Below are positions 9,897 through 18,762 of a DNA stretch of 64,000 bases, in pieces. The DNA is from an uncultured bacterium (GTDB lineage Bacteria; Fidelibacterota; Marinisomatia; Marinisomatales; AB-629-J13). The DNA lies in assembly GCA_964433085.1 (NCBI GenBank), contig CAYSQB010000001.1, forward strand, positions 16,845-80,844, in the 5' to 3' direction. A model generated the notes under the pieces. The model was not told the DNA's origin, did not search any database, and worked only from the letters and a program-made list of their open reading frames with translations. Made by a program: the position numbers and the translations under genes. The stretch's first letter is position 1. The number at the start of each line of letters is the position of its first letter.

Positions 9897-11015
9897 TTAA
9901 AGAAGATGCGCGTATCTTATCAGGAATATAACTTCTTGGGCAATCACTTTCATAATTCCTGCAGTGGGGATAGCAAACAGCATCCCCAGGGGGCCCAAAA
10001 CGATCCCACCAATAAAAAGTGCAATCATAACAATCATGGGATGGAGCCCTACACTTTCTCCCACGAGGATTGGTGTAATGAAATTATTATCAATTTGTTG
10101 TACGATAATAAACATAACAATGATATCGAAAACGAAAAACGGAGAAGGAATTATATTGAACATCAAGTGGGACAAAGCCGCCTCACTTCCTAAATTATTC
10201 ATAATAGAAATAAGTACAGCCGGAACCATTCCAACCAGGGGCCCTACCATGGGGATTAGGTTTGAAAGACCTGCAATAATTGAGATAAAAACAATCAAAG
10301 TTATGTTTGCACCATATAGGTTTAGTATCAATAATCCCAAGAATGAAAGTACGGCCACGCTAGAAGCTGCCAAAAACTGTCCGGTTAAATATTTGGACAT
10401 TTGTTTTTCTATATTATGTATTATTCGGAGTCCTACTTCAAAATATTTATTTGGGATCATTGATACCAGAGCACGCCTGAAATGATGGTATTCATTAAGT
10501 AAGATAAATGAAAATACAAGAATCATAGCCGTAAAAAAAATAAAATTCATCCCACTTTTTGCTACAGAAAGAATTTGTTGCATAAAACTGGAGAAAAAAA
10601 CCTGTACTTTTTTTGTAAGTTGTGGTTTTTCAAGGTCATCAATATTAGATGCTCCCGGTATAGATGAGATTGTACGTTGGTATAAGTCATTTAAGTCATT
10701 CACATAATTTTCCTGGGCTAATCTTTGAGAAAAATCAGATGATTGCTGAAACAATCCTGATGCAAATCCAGAAAGAAAGCCAAACAATAAAATCATAACG
10801 CCACCCATGATGAGAAATGTGCTGAATAGGCGACTCTTTATTTTTCTTTCCAAGGCATCTACTCCTGGTAAAAGAATTGTGGTAAAAAGAAAAGCAAAAA
10901 CTAAAATCATTACCATGGAAGAAATATAGGGCCAAATAAAAAACAGCGCCCAGATTGAAATAATTATTAGAACAAGAGTATAAAATCTATCTATTGATTG
11001 ATTTTGAGAGGTCAT
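9897..11015 (-). CDS. AI-2E family transporter (PerM/UPF0118)
   Basis: Multi-TM protein with LSNLIPMVGPLVGMVPAVLI and QQIDNNFITPILVGESVGLHP motifs. Confidence 0.9.
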   Translation of the reverse strand: MTSQNQSIDRFYTLVLIIISIWALFFIWPYISSMVMILVFAFLFTTILLPGVDALERKIKSRLFSTFLIMGGVMILLFGFLSGFASGLFQQSSDFSQRLAQENYVNDLNDLYQRTISSIPGASNIDDLEKPQLTKKVQVFFSSFMQQILSVAKSGMNFIFFTAMILVFSFILLNEYHHFRRALVSMIPNKYFEVGLRIIHNIEKQMSKYLTGQFLAASSVAVLSFLGLLILNLYGANITLIVFISIIAGLSNLIPMVGPLVGMVPAVLISIMNNLGSEAALSHLMFNIIPSPFFVFDIIVMFIIVQQIDNNFITPILVGESVGLHPMIVMIALFIGGIVLGPLGMLFAIPTAGIMKVIAQEVIFLIRYAHLL

Positions 11016-11554
11016 ACTAACTCAGAAGAATTTCCGGACACTTGTTCACTGGTTTTTCTAAGCCGGGCTGCCATAACTTTCGCGAGATTAAAAAGAATTT
11101 TATTTCCGGTCTGTGGGCTTCTTTTTGAAAAAGATTGTAGATCAGGGCGGAGAAAAGCTAACAGGTCACTATCTTCTGTTGCTATTGCTGTTGCACTGCG
11201 AGTATCTGAATCTAGTAGAGAAAGTTCACCAAAAAATTCACCATTATTTAATATGGCTAAGGTTTTTTTATTATCATTATTGTCTTCCGTGAATATTTCA
11301 ATTGCACCTGAAAGTATGATAAACATCCCTTCGCCAGGAGCCAATCTTTTAAATACGGTTTCACCTTGCTTGTATCTTCTTTTGTGACAAAGGTTTTCAA
11401 TTTCATGAATTTGTCTATCAGACAGCTCATGAAAAACGGGGATTTGTTTTAAAACAGCTTTTGTAAGGCTTTCCTGCCTGTTCCAGTTTTTAAAAAGATT
11501 TTCCCACAGGGCTTTCATTATATTATCTCCAAATATAGCGGACAAAATAAACAT
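11012..11554 (-). CDS. stand-alone cyclic-nucleotide-binding domain protein
   Basis: CAP_ED motifs FGELSLLDSDTRSATAIA; 180 aa with no output domain. ATGA overlap with the AI-2E gene. Confidence 0.85.
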   Translation of the reverse strand: MFILSAIFGDNIMKALWENLFKNWNRQESLTKAVLKQIPVFHELSDRQIHEIENLCHKRRYKQGETVFKRLAPGEGMFIILSGAIEIFTEDNNDNKKTLAILNNGEFFGELSLLDSDTRSATAIATEDSDLLAFLRPDLQSFSKRSPQTGNKILFNLAKVMAARLRKTSEQVSGNSSELV

Positions 11555-11656
11555 AAGGATAAAGGAGAGTCAAGATGAGAGGAGAATACATTAAATCCAA
11601 AAATGATTATTTGAATCTCCATTTCTATGGTATAGAATCAATAGGTAATTTCACAG

Positions 11657-12844
11657 ATGTGTCGAAGTGTAAAAAATATTGTTTCGATATTTTTTCTGTT
11701 TTCAATTTCGCTTTCCCAAAGAGATTTTGATGATGAATTAAAATTTAAAACTGAATCTATAGAGACCCTAAAAAAAGAAATCATGGATTTGCAAGGGAAA
11801 ATAAAAAAAACGTCTTCTCGCGAACAATCTGCTACCCAAAAAATAATTACATTAGAAAAAGAGATTTCACTTACGGACAGACTTATTTCCGAATTAACAA
11901 ATGAAGAAAAAATGACAAGGGGATTAATTTTAGAAACTCAAAAAACACTTAGGCAATATGAAAAAGAATTAGATAATTTACGTGGAAGATATAGGGAAAG
12001 GGTTATTTATGCCTATACACATGGGAGACCATCAAATATTGAGAAAATATTTAGTACTGTTTCCTGGAGACAGTCTGTATATAGAAAGGAATACCTAAGG
12101 CTTATTTCATCCTTAGAAAATGATATTAGAAAAAACATAAACACTCTATTCATCAATATAGGTCAGGAAAAATTAAATTTGGAGGTCGGACTAAGGAAGA
12201 ACATATCGCTAAATAGAGAAAAATTAAAACTCAAGAAGTCTATTAAGACAAAAATAACTGGTCATGAAAAAGATTTAACCGCTCTAAGTAAGAATAAAAA
12301 AGAGCTAACAAAATATTTAAAAGAAAAAGACAAGGGGCTTAAAGAATTAGAAAATTTACGAGCCACTATTCTTGAAGATAAAGCAAGATTTGAGAGAGAA
12401 GAAAAAATCCGCAGACAGCAGGAAGCACTTAAATCAAAACAGTTTTCTCAATTAAAAGGACAGCTCCCCTGGCCCATTAATGGAAAGATAGTCACAAAAT
12501 TTGGAAGACAATGGAATCCAAAATTAAAAACAGCAACTGAGTATCCCGGGATTGATATTCAGGGGAAAGCAAATATGCCTGTAAAAACTATTTTAAACGG
12601 TATTGTAGTCACCATTACTTATTTAAGAGGTTATGGGACCACAGTCATTATTGATCATGGCGGTGGGTTTTATACAGTTTATAGTCAGTTGAAATCTTTA
12701 AAAACTCATGTAAATAGTGAAGTCCGTTCTGGAGATATTATTGCCCATCTCTCCGAATCTAACTCAGAAAACAGTACGGTTCTTCATTTTGAAATTTGGG
12801 GTGACGGTGAGAAACTGGACCCTGAAAAATGGTTGGCAAAATAA
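11657..12844 (+). CDS. EnvC-like coiled-coil protein with degenerate M23/LytM domain (murein hydrolase activator)
   Basis: Long coiled coil plus a C-terminal LytM domain. The HxxxD site reads YPGID and the HxH site reads VLH, so it is probably non-catalytic. Confidence 0.85.
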   Translation: MCRSVKNIVSIFFLFSISLSQRDFDDELKFKTESIETLKKEIMDLQGKIKKTSSREQSATQKIITLEKEISLTDRLISELTNEEKMTRGLILETQKTLRQYEKELDNLRGRYRERVIYAYTHGRPSNIEKIFSTVSWRQSVYRKEYLRLISSLENDIRKNINTLFINIGQEKLNLEVGLRKNISLNREKLKLKKSIKTKITGHEKDLTALSKNKKELTKYLKEKDKGLKELENLRATILEDKARFEREEKIRRQQEALKSKQFSQLKGQLPWPINGKIVTKFGRQWNPKLKTATEYPGIDIQGKANMPVKTILNGIVVTITYLRGYGTTVIIDHGGGFYTVYSQLKSLKTHVNSEVRSGDIIAHLSESNSENSTVLHFEIWGDGEKLDPEKWLAK

Positions 12845-13974
12845 TGTTTATAAATACCATAAAAGCGCAACCAGAAGTGTGGGATCAATTAATCTCTATT
12901 TTTAAATCTGATAGAATAGGGACAGCATATTGTTTTACTGGTTCCCCGGGAAGCGGGAAGGAAGGAGTAGCGCTGGCATTTAGTGCCCTCATGAACTGTG
13001 AGGATAGCGATCATTTCCCGGATTGCAATTGTTCTTCCTGTTTGCGATTCAAAAATTTACAGCATGAACATTTAAATCTTGTAGTTCCACTTCCAACTCC
13101 ACCCAAAAAAAGTCCTGATGATATGGATATTAATAGCGTGAATTCTTTTTCAGAAAAATTGGTTAAAAAGATTAATAACCCATTTTATAAGATAAAGGTT
13201 CCAAGAGCAACCCGAATCACTCTGTCAAGTATTCATAAACTAAGGAAAGCCCTTTATTTAAAATCAGCACTTCCGGGAAGGAAAATAGCAGTGATTTTTG
13301 ATGCTGAACTCCTTGGATTTGGTTCAGGAGAATCTGCAAACGCGCTCTTGAAAATATTGGAGGAACCTCCCCCGTTAACCACTTTGATTTTGGTAACAGA
13401 TTTTAAAAATAAGCTTTTTCCAACTGTTATTTCTAGATGTCAACATATTCAATTTCCTGCACTAAAGAAAAAAGTAGTAGAAACAATGTTAGCCGAAAAG
13501 GGAGTTAAACAAGATAAAATTAAATGGATATCCTGTTTATCTCAAGGGAATTTTGTAAGTGCCAGTAAAATTGCAGAAAGGGATAGAAAGGAAATAAAAA
13601 ATATATTTACTTTTATCTCAAACTTTATGTTGTTGAATAACCACAAATTACTTATCAAGTTTGCAAAAGAGTATTCACGTTTATCAAGAATGGATGAGAC
13701 GGAATTTCGTTTTCATTTTTTACTTATTCAACGATGGTTGTTGGGAGTATTACACATAAAAAATGATATCCAAGATGATTTAACGGAAAGTGAATTAAAA
13801 GAAGGGATGGATCGTTTTTTGGCTAGTTATCCCGAAGTAAATATTCGTGCACTTAATTTACTGGTAGAATCTGTAGTAAACGGATTGAATAGGAATGCTA
13901 ACATGAGTTTATTATTAACACATTTTATCATTCAATTGAAAAAGGAAATTAAACAAAAAACGCTCTATGAATAG
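12829..13974 (+). CDS. holB: DNA polymerase III delta' subunit
   Basis: GSPGSGKEGVA, a Cys-rich Zn module (CNCSSC), LLKILEEPP and the ISRCQ sensor motif. The start could instead be the ATG at 12844. Confidence 0.8.
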   Translation: MVGKIMFINTIKAQPEVWDQLISIFKSDRIGTAYCFTGSPGSGKEGVALAFSALMNCEDSDHFPDCNCSSCLRFKNLQHEHLNLVVPLPTPPKKSPDDMDINSVNSFSEKLVKKINNPFYKIKVPRATRITLSSIHKLRKALYLKSALPGRKIAVIFDAELLGFGSGESANALLKILEEPPPLTTLILVTDFKNKLFPTVISRCQHIQFPALKKKVVETMLAEKGVKQDKIKWISCLSQGNFVSASKIAERDRKEIKNIFTFISNFMLLNNHKLLIKFAKEYSRLSRMDETEFRFHFLLIQRWLLGVLHIKNDIQDDLTESELKEGMDRFLASYPEVNIRALNLLVESVVNGLNRNANMSLLLTHFIIQLKKEIKQKTLYE

Positions 13975-15463
13975 TACATCCTTTTATGTAACCACACCCA
14001 TTTATTATGTGAATGACAGACCTCACATTGGTCATGCCTACACGACACTTTTGGCAGATGTTTTAGCGCGATATCATCGCAACTTGGGTCAGGAAACATT
14101 TTTCTTAACTGGATTAGATGAACATGGACAAAAAGTTCAGCAAGCGGCTGAGAGACGTAATGTTGAACCAATGAAGCATTGTGATGAAATGGCACCACGG
14201 TTTATTGAACTTTGGGAGAAACTTCATATTTCCTATGATGATTTTATCCGAACAACGGAGACGCGACATAAGAAAGTGGTGCAGAAAATTCTTCAGAATG
14301 TGTATAATTCCGATGACATTTACGAAAACGAATATGAAGGACTATACTCTGTTTCTGAAGAACGATTTATTACAAGGAAAGAAGCGGAAAGTGGCGCATT
14401 TCAGGACATCAAGGAATTAAAGGAAAAAAACTATTTTTTCAGAATGGGGAAATATCAGGAAGCCCTCATTAATCATATTAAAACAAATCCCAAATTCATT
14501 CAACCTGAACATCGGAAAAATGAGGTGCTTGGATTTTTAAAACAACCACTGAATGATCTGTGTATTTCCCGTCCGAAATCACGACTGAATTGGGGGATTG
14601 AACTACCCTTTGACTCTGATTATGTGACCTATGTCTGGTTTGATGCTCTCATTAATTACATTACCGCACCTGGGTTTATGAGCGATGATGATTCATTTCA
14701 AAAATGGTGGCCCGCATCCTATCATTTAATTGGGAAGGATATTTTAACAACACATGCGGTTTATTGGCCAACCATTTTAATGTCTGCTAATATTGAGCTG
14801 CCAAAATCAATTTTTGCACATGGATGGTGGCTTATGGCCGAGTCTAAAATAAGTAAATCTGTTGGTAACGTAGTTGATCCAATAAGTCTTATTGATGATT
14901 ATGGTGTGGATCCTGTACGTTATTATCTCATGCGAGAAATGATATTAGGGCAGGATGCTAATTTTACAATTGAATCTTTCATAAAGCGATACAATAGTGA
15001 TTTGGCAAATGATTTTGGGAATTTATTGAGTAGGGTATCAACCCTTATGAAAAAAAATTATGATGGAAAAATCCCAGAATCGGGGGAACTTACAGATGCA
15101 GAACTAAAAATTAAATCCAGAGGGGAATCACTTGGAAAATCAGTAAAGGATATGATCGAAGAAATGCGTATTAATGATGCCATCGAAGAAACCATGCAGT
15201 ATATCAGAAGTGTGAACAAATATATGGAAGAAAGTGCCCCCTGGAGATTGGTGAAGGAAGATAAAGAAGCAGCTGGGCGAGTGCTTTATACAGCGGGAGA
15301 GGCCTTGAGAATAGGTGCTGTTTTATTGTCTCCGGTTATGCCTAACCGGACGGAAATTTTATTGGAGACACTTAATGCAAGGGGTGGGGATTTGAATTGG
15401 GGCCGATTAAAATCTGGCAGTAATCTAAAAGATCATAAACCGCTGTTTCCCAGAGTTAAATAA
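13967..15463 (+). CDS. metG: methionyl-tRNA synthetase (short form)
   Basis: TTPIYYVNDRPHIGH (HIGH) and KISKSVGN (KMSKS). Overlaps holB by 8 nt. Confidence 0.95.
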   Translation: MNSTSFYVTTPIYYVNDRPHIGHAYTTLLADVLARYHRNLGQETFFLTGLDEHGQKVQQAAERRNVEPMKHCDEMAPRFIELWEKLHISYDDFIRTTETRHKKVVQKILQNVYNSDDIYENEYEGLYSVSEERFITRKEAESGAFQDIKELKEKNYFFRMGKYQEALINHIKTNPKFIQPEHRKNEVLGFLKQPLNDLCISRPKSRLNWGIELPFDSDYVTYVWFDALINYITAPGFMSDDDSFQKWWPASYHLIGKDILTTHAVYWPTILMSANIELPKSIFAHGWWLMAESKISKSVGNVVDPISLIDDYGVDPVRYYLMREMILGQDANFTIESFIKRYNSDLANDFGNLLSRVSTLMKKNYDGKIPESGELTDAELKIKSRGESLGKSVKDMIEEMRINDAIEETMQYIRSVNKYMEESAPWRLVKEDKEAAGRVLYTAGEALRIGAVLLSPVMPNRTEILLETLNARGGDLNWGRLKSGSNLKDHKPLFPRVK

Positions 15464-15682
15464 ATTCACTCCAAAATAAATAATAAGATAGAAAAGAGAA
15501 TAAAGGTGTTCTCTTAAAACTCTTTAAGCTTTGTGGATTATAATATTTTAAAACGATCATTGTTCTAAAGTTACCCACTATCCCACAAACAAAGTCCTCT
15601 TCGATTTACCCCGGTCCCATTTATTTACAAAGAGTTGGGGTTCTACCAATATTTACCCAGAGGAATCAATTTAGGCTAGGAA

Positions 15683-17311
15683 TCACTCACTCCTTAAAAT
15701 GATATTACCTGAATTATTTGCCCGTACCCAGTAACCTCTTCCCGGATAGATAACATCAGCATTAAAATAACTTCCATCATAACCATATATCTCCCCTGTA
15801 AAAACCAACTCTGAGCTGTAGAGCACATCTGCATCTACCGGTGTGGAGATTCCAGAAATGAGATTCCAGCCCTCTGTAAGTGATAGTGTGAGTTCATTGA
15901 TTGGTTGACCTGAAAAATCGGTTGTACCATCAGAAGAAAGTCGCAACAAGTACCCTGTCCCTGGAATGAGCATTGTTTCTGACTGGTATGCATCATCATA
16001 CAAAAACAGCGTACCTGTGTAGGCTTCGGGAAAGAGAGTCTGGTAGTGTATATTGCCAACATCCAGCGCAAGACCAACCATGTTCCAACCTAAGGAATAA
16101 TCTACAGCTACCTGCTGTGGGAGAGTCGGCGATTGTTTACTAAATGACAGTTCACGGGCGCCGAAGGTGCAGGGCGGAGTGAATGGATATTTGTCTGTTA
16201 TGTAGTAACCGTAATCTCCGTTCACATCGTAGGCACCATTGCACTCATCAAGATTTCCCGTACCAGCGAAATACCAGTCCTCTTCATAACGCCCCATTTC
16301 GAGTCCAAAGTCGCAGTCGAAATCATCGGGATTGTTCGCGATATCCCAAGGGGTAGGTGGGGTGCCGTGTAAAGCAGTTTCTATTGGTGTGCGTGAATTG
16401 CCTGTATAGGTTTCGTAACCGGATTCAGCTCTCACCAGTTGGTTGTTAGCGTTGATGAACCAATGCCCATAGATCGGAAAGCCATCTGGTGCGAATCCGA
16501 TAACAGGGGAAGCATCGCCGTTGGAAGGCGGCTGCGTTTGATCCGTATCTTCCTGCAGAGGATGGGTTAACGCATGGTAGTGGTAAGTGCCTTCATACCC
16601 ATGTGCAAAATAACTGTCAAACACGGCAGCCATATATTCTGCATCTGGTTGCCAAATCGTATACGCCGGTAACTCAAACCACGAATTTTGCGGACCGCAC
16701 CCCGAGGTATTGCAGGCCTCATTTGACTGCAGATATGGTGGTCCCGTGGTCACGCCCGGGTTATAGCAGAAACCGGAATCCATGGAAATGCCAACTCCAT
16801 TCAATAAAATACCATCAAAGTCGTAGGTAGGCGGATTTCTTGGAGTGTCTGTTTCTATATCAGTTCGGATTGGATCTACAGGAATATAGGTCACTTCTAT
16901 ATCCGAATGATCGATTGGATGTATCCAGCCATCACCATTAGGGCCGGTGACTTCCACACCGAAGTTATGATTCGGGATCATATTAGAAATAATTCTGCAA
17001 TGAGTCGCAAGCTCCGGCTCATTGGTAAACGTCACGTTGTCATAGTCATAGGCACTGGCATTCCAGCTACTTGCTATGACCAAATCAATATGCACATCGC
17101 TAACGGCGTTGTTGATGTCATTCGACATGTCCAAAATCTGATACGATCCGTAATCACCATCGTTTGCGTCCGTCGCGTAGGCTCTGCAGTCCGGGTTTCT
17201 GTTTATAAGTACCGCATCAAAAAATTGCCCATTCATATCCGGATTAGAGCTGTATATTAACGTGTCGGGCTGACTCCGTCCAAAACTCATCAATAAGAAG
17301 AACGTTAACAA
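15683..17311 (-). CDS. secreted YHYH-domain protein with tandem C-terminal GWN...GxGYxxR repeats
   Basis: GTYHYHALTHP plus GFAPDGFPIYG (YHYH domain), with a hydrophobic N-terminus. GC is clearly higher than in the flanking genes. The start may be ATA at 17332-17330 (see findings). Confidence 0.75.
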   Translation of the reverse strand: MLTFFLLMSFGRSQPDTLIYSSNPDMNGQFFDAVLINRNPDCRAYATDANDGDYGSYQILDMSNDINNAVSDVHIDLVIASSWNASAYDYDNVTFTNEPELATHCRIISNMIPNHNFGVEVTGPNGDGWIHPIDHSDIEVTYIPVDPIRTDIETDTPRNPPTYDFDGILLNGVGISMDSGFCYNPGVTTGPPYLQSNEACNTSGCGPQNSWFELPAYTIWQPDAEYMAAVFDSYFAHGYEGTYHYHALTHPLQEDTDQTQPPSNGDASPVIGFAPDGFPIYGHWFINANNQLVRAESGYETYTGNSRTPIETALHGTPPTPWDIANNPDDFDCDFGLEMGRYEEDWYFAGTGNLDECNGAYDVNGDYGYYITDKYPFTPPCTFGARELSFSKQSPTLPQQVAVDYSLGWNMVGLALDVGNIHYQTLFPEAYTGTLFLYDDAYQSETMLIPGTGYLLRLSSDGTTDFSGQPINELTLSLTEGWNLISGISTPVDADVLYSSELVFTGEIYGYDGSYFNADVIYPGRGYWVRANNSGNIILRSE

Positions 17312-17338
17312 TATTATTAGAATATTTTTTATGATGTA

Positions 17339-17343
17339 CTCCT
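17339..17343 (-). promoter_or_regulatory. Shine-Dalgarno-like AGGAG 6 nt upstream of a candidate ATA start of the YHYH gene
   Basis: The minus strand reads cAGGAGtacatcATAaaaaat. The downstream frame encodes KNILIILLTFFLLMSFG, a better signal peptide than the TTG-initiated form. Confidence 0.4.
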
Positions 17344-17510
17344 GATTCAGTTAAAAGGTCTAATAGATAATACATCTTGATGCAGAAAATGTCAATGATA
17401 GATATCACAGCCTAATTCCACCTGTTTTGTGTGAGAGATGGTTATATCTAAAACACAGGGGATTCCCCCAATGTGTGGATGAGGGGGGCTGTATTTAATT
17501 TTTATTCTAT

Positions 17511-18746
17511 TTATGTTTCCGTTTTGATAAAATATATAGAAATGGCCAAAGATATAAACAAATATAACGCTACTAAAATGGAGATTGATGGACCTGAACC
17601 AAACCAAGTTAAGTCATTTATGCCTAAGCATATTAATCCCACAGTGAGCTTAACGCATTCGATATATATTGCATATTTGTTATTGTCCAAAAGAGAGGTA
17701 TATGCAAAAACGTGAACAACCAAAAATAATGCATAAAGCAGCGCAGAAGGAGTGCTAACAGATGAGCTGAGGACCAAAAGGTGAAACATAAGCGCTACCC
17801 CAACGGACATTTGTATGCACGACCAGTAAATTAAAGAGATAGAATTTTCAGTTTTATATTTAACCTGTTCAGAGGGGTCTTCTATGGTTTTAACAGAATG
17901 TTTTAGCTTAACATCGTCCGGCCTCCACCCTGTTGGCATGAACCAAATCCTTATCTTGTCCCACACCCTTTCAGTGCGTACAGCATCCTTTATCAATTGC
18001 CAAATATGTTTAAAATTGATAACAACAGGGTTCCATGTTTTTGCAGGACGGAGTATCCCGTAAACCGGTTTTACATCCGGCAATTCAGACTGGAACGAAC
18101 CGAACATCTTATCCCAGATAATAAAGATCTGACTGTAGTTCTTATCAAGATACTCTGGGTTGATGGCATGGTGAACGCGATGGTGAGAGGGGGTAACAAT
18201 TATATTTTCCAGCCACCCCAGTTTATCTATGAGCCGTGTGTGGTACCAAAACTGCATAAATAAATGAATGGGACCGATGACAACAAAAATGTATGCCGGT
18301 ATTCCTAGAAAGGCAGCGGGGACCATAAATATTGCCCCAAATCTTACTGTATCTGAGATTGACTGACGAAGGGCACAGGAGAGGTTAAACTCTTCACTGC
18401 TGTGGTGAACAACATGTCGGTTCCAAAAAACGTTTATACGGTGATCCATTCGGTGTATCCAGTAACCTGAAAAATCTTTAACAATAAATGCTATGACCAC
18501 CGCCACCCAGACTGGCTCAAGTTTGTACACCGTTAATTTGTCCACGAGCCAGGAATAGCTAATGAGAATAAATCCAAAATTTATTCCGTCACGAACTGTA
18601 TTTGTTACCCCTGAACTTAGGCTCGATATAATATCTGCAGGACGGTTGACTCTAATTCCCATTCGCCCTGCCGCCACCGCTTCGATTCCTATCAATATGA
18701 GAAAGATCGGTATAGCAAACATTAAAGATGTAACGTAAAAACTCAT
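17511..18746 (-). CDS. fatty acid hydroxylase/sterol desaturase family membrane protein with extra C-terminal 4-TM module
   Basis: His boxes HRMDH, HVVHH and HHRVHH, plus NYSQIFIIWDKMFGS. About 130 extra hydrophobic residues at the C-terminus. Confidence 0.85.
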   Translation of the reverse strand: MSFYVTSLMFAIPIFLILIGIEAVAAGRMGIRVNRPADIISSLSSGVTNTVRDGINFGFILISYSWLVDKLTVYKLEPVWVAVVIAFIVKDFSGYWIHRMDHRINVFWNRHVVHHSSEEFNLSCALRQSISDTVRFGAIFMVPAAFLGIPAYIFVVIGPIHLFMQFWYHTRLIDKLGWLENIIVTPSHHRVHHAINPEYLDKNYSQIFIIWDKMFGSFQSELPDVKPVYGILRPAKTWNPVVINFKHIWQLIKDAVRTERVWDKIRIWFMPTGWRPDDVKLKHSVKTIEDPSEQVKYKTENSISLIYWSCIQMSVGVALMFHLLVLSSSVSTPSALLYALFLVVHVFAYTSLLDNNKYAIYIECVKLTVGLICLGINDLTWFGSGPSISILVALYLFISLAISIYFIKTET

Positions 18747-18762
18747 TTCTGGATGCTATCTG

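Noticed and set aside
9964-10485. A 173-aa plus-strand ORF opposite the AI-2E transporter gene.
   Set aside because: It is fully nested antisense to a clearly conserved multi-TM gene. Its low-complexity I/T/P-rich translation is typical of the reverse frame of a membrane protein.
15493-15516. A hairpin AAGAGAA-N8-TTCTCTT between metG and the YHYH gene, considered as a possible bidirectional terminator.
   Set aside because: The stem is 7 bp and all-weak (A/T-rich), with no proper T-tract on the plus strand. It is not distinguishable from chance in AT-rich DNA.
15571-15658. Three copies of TTACCC (15571, 15606, 15653) in the 3' spacer after metG.
   Set aside because: This is a 6-mer recurring three times in 219 nt with irregular spacing (35 and 47 nt) and no extended flanking similarity. 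That is insufficient to call a repeat or a binding-site array.
17420-17500. C5/G6 runs (17466-17470 / 17483-17488), GGGGATTCCCC, and an imperfect CCTGT...ACAGG inverted repeat downstream of the hydroxylase gene. I considered them as a structured RNA or terminator.
   Set aside because: The stems are short (4-6 bp) or mismatched, the loops are awkward and the T-tract is displaced. This may be a weak terminator, but I cannot support a specific structure without folding software.
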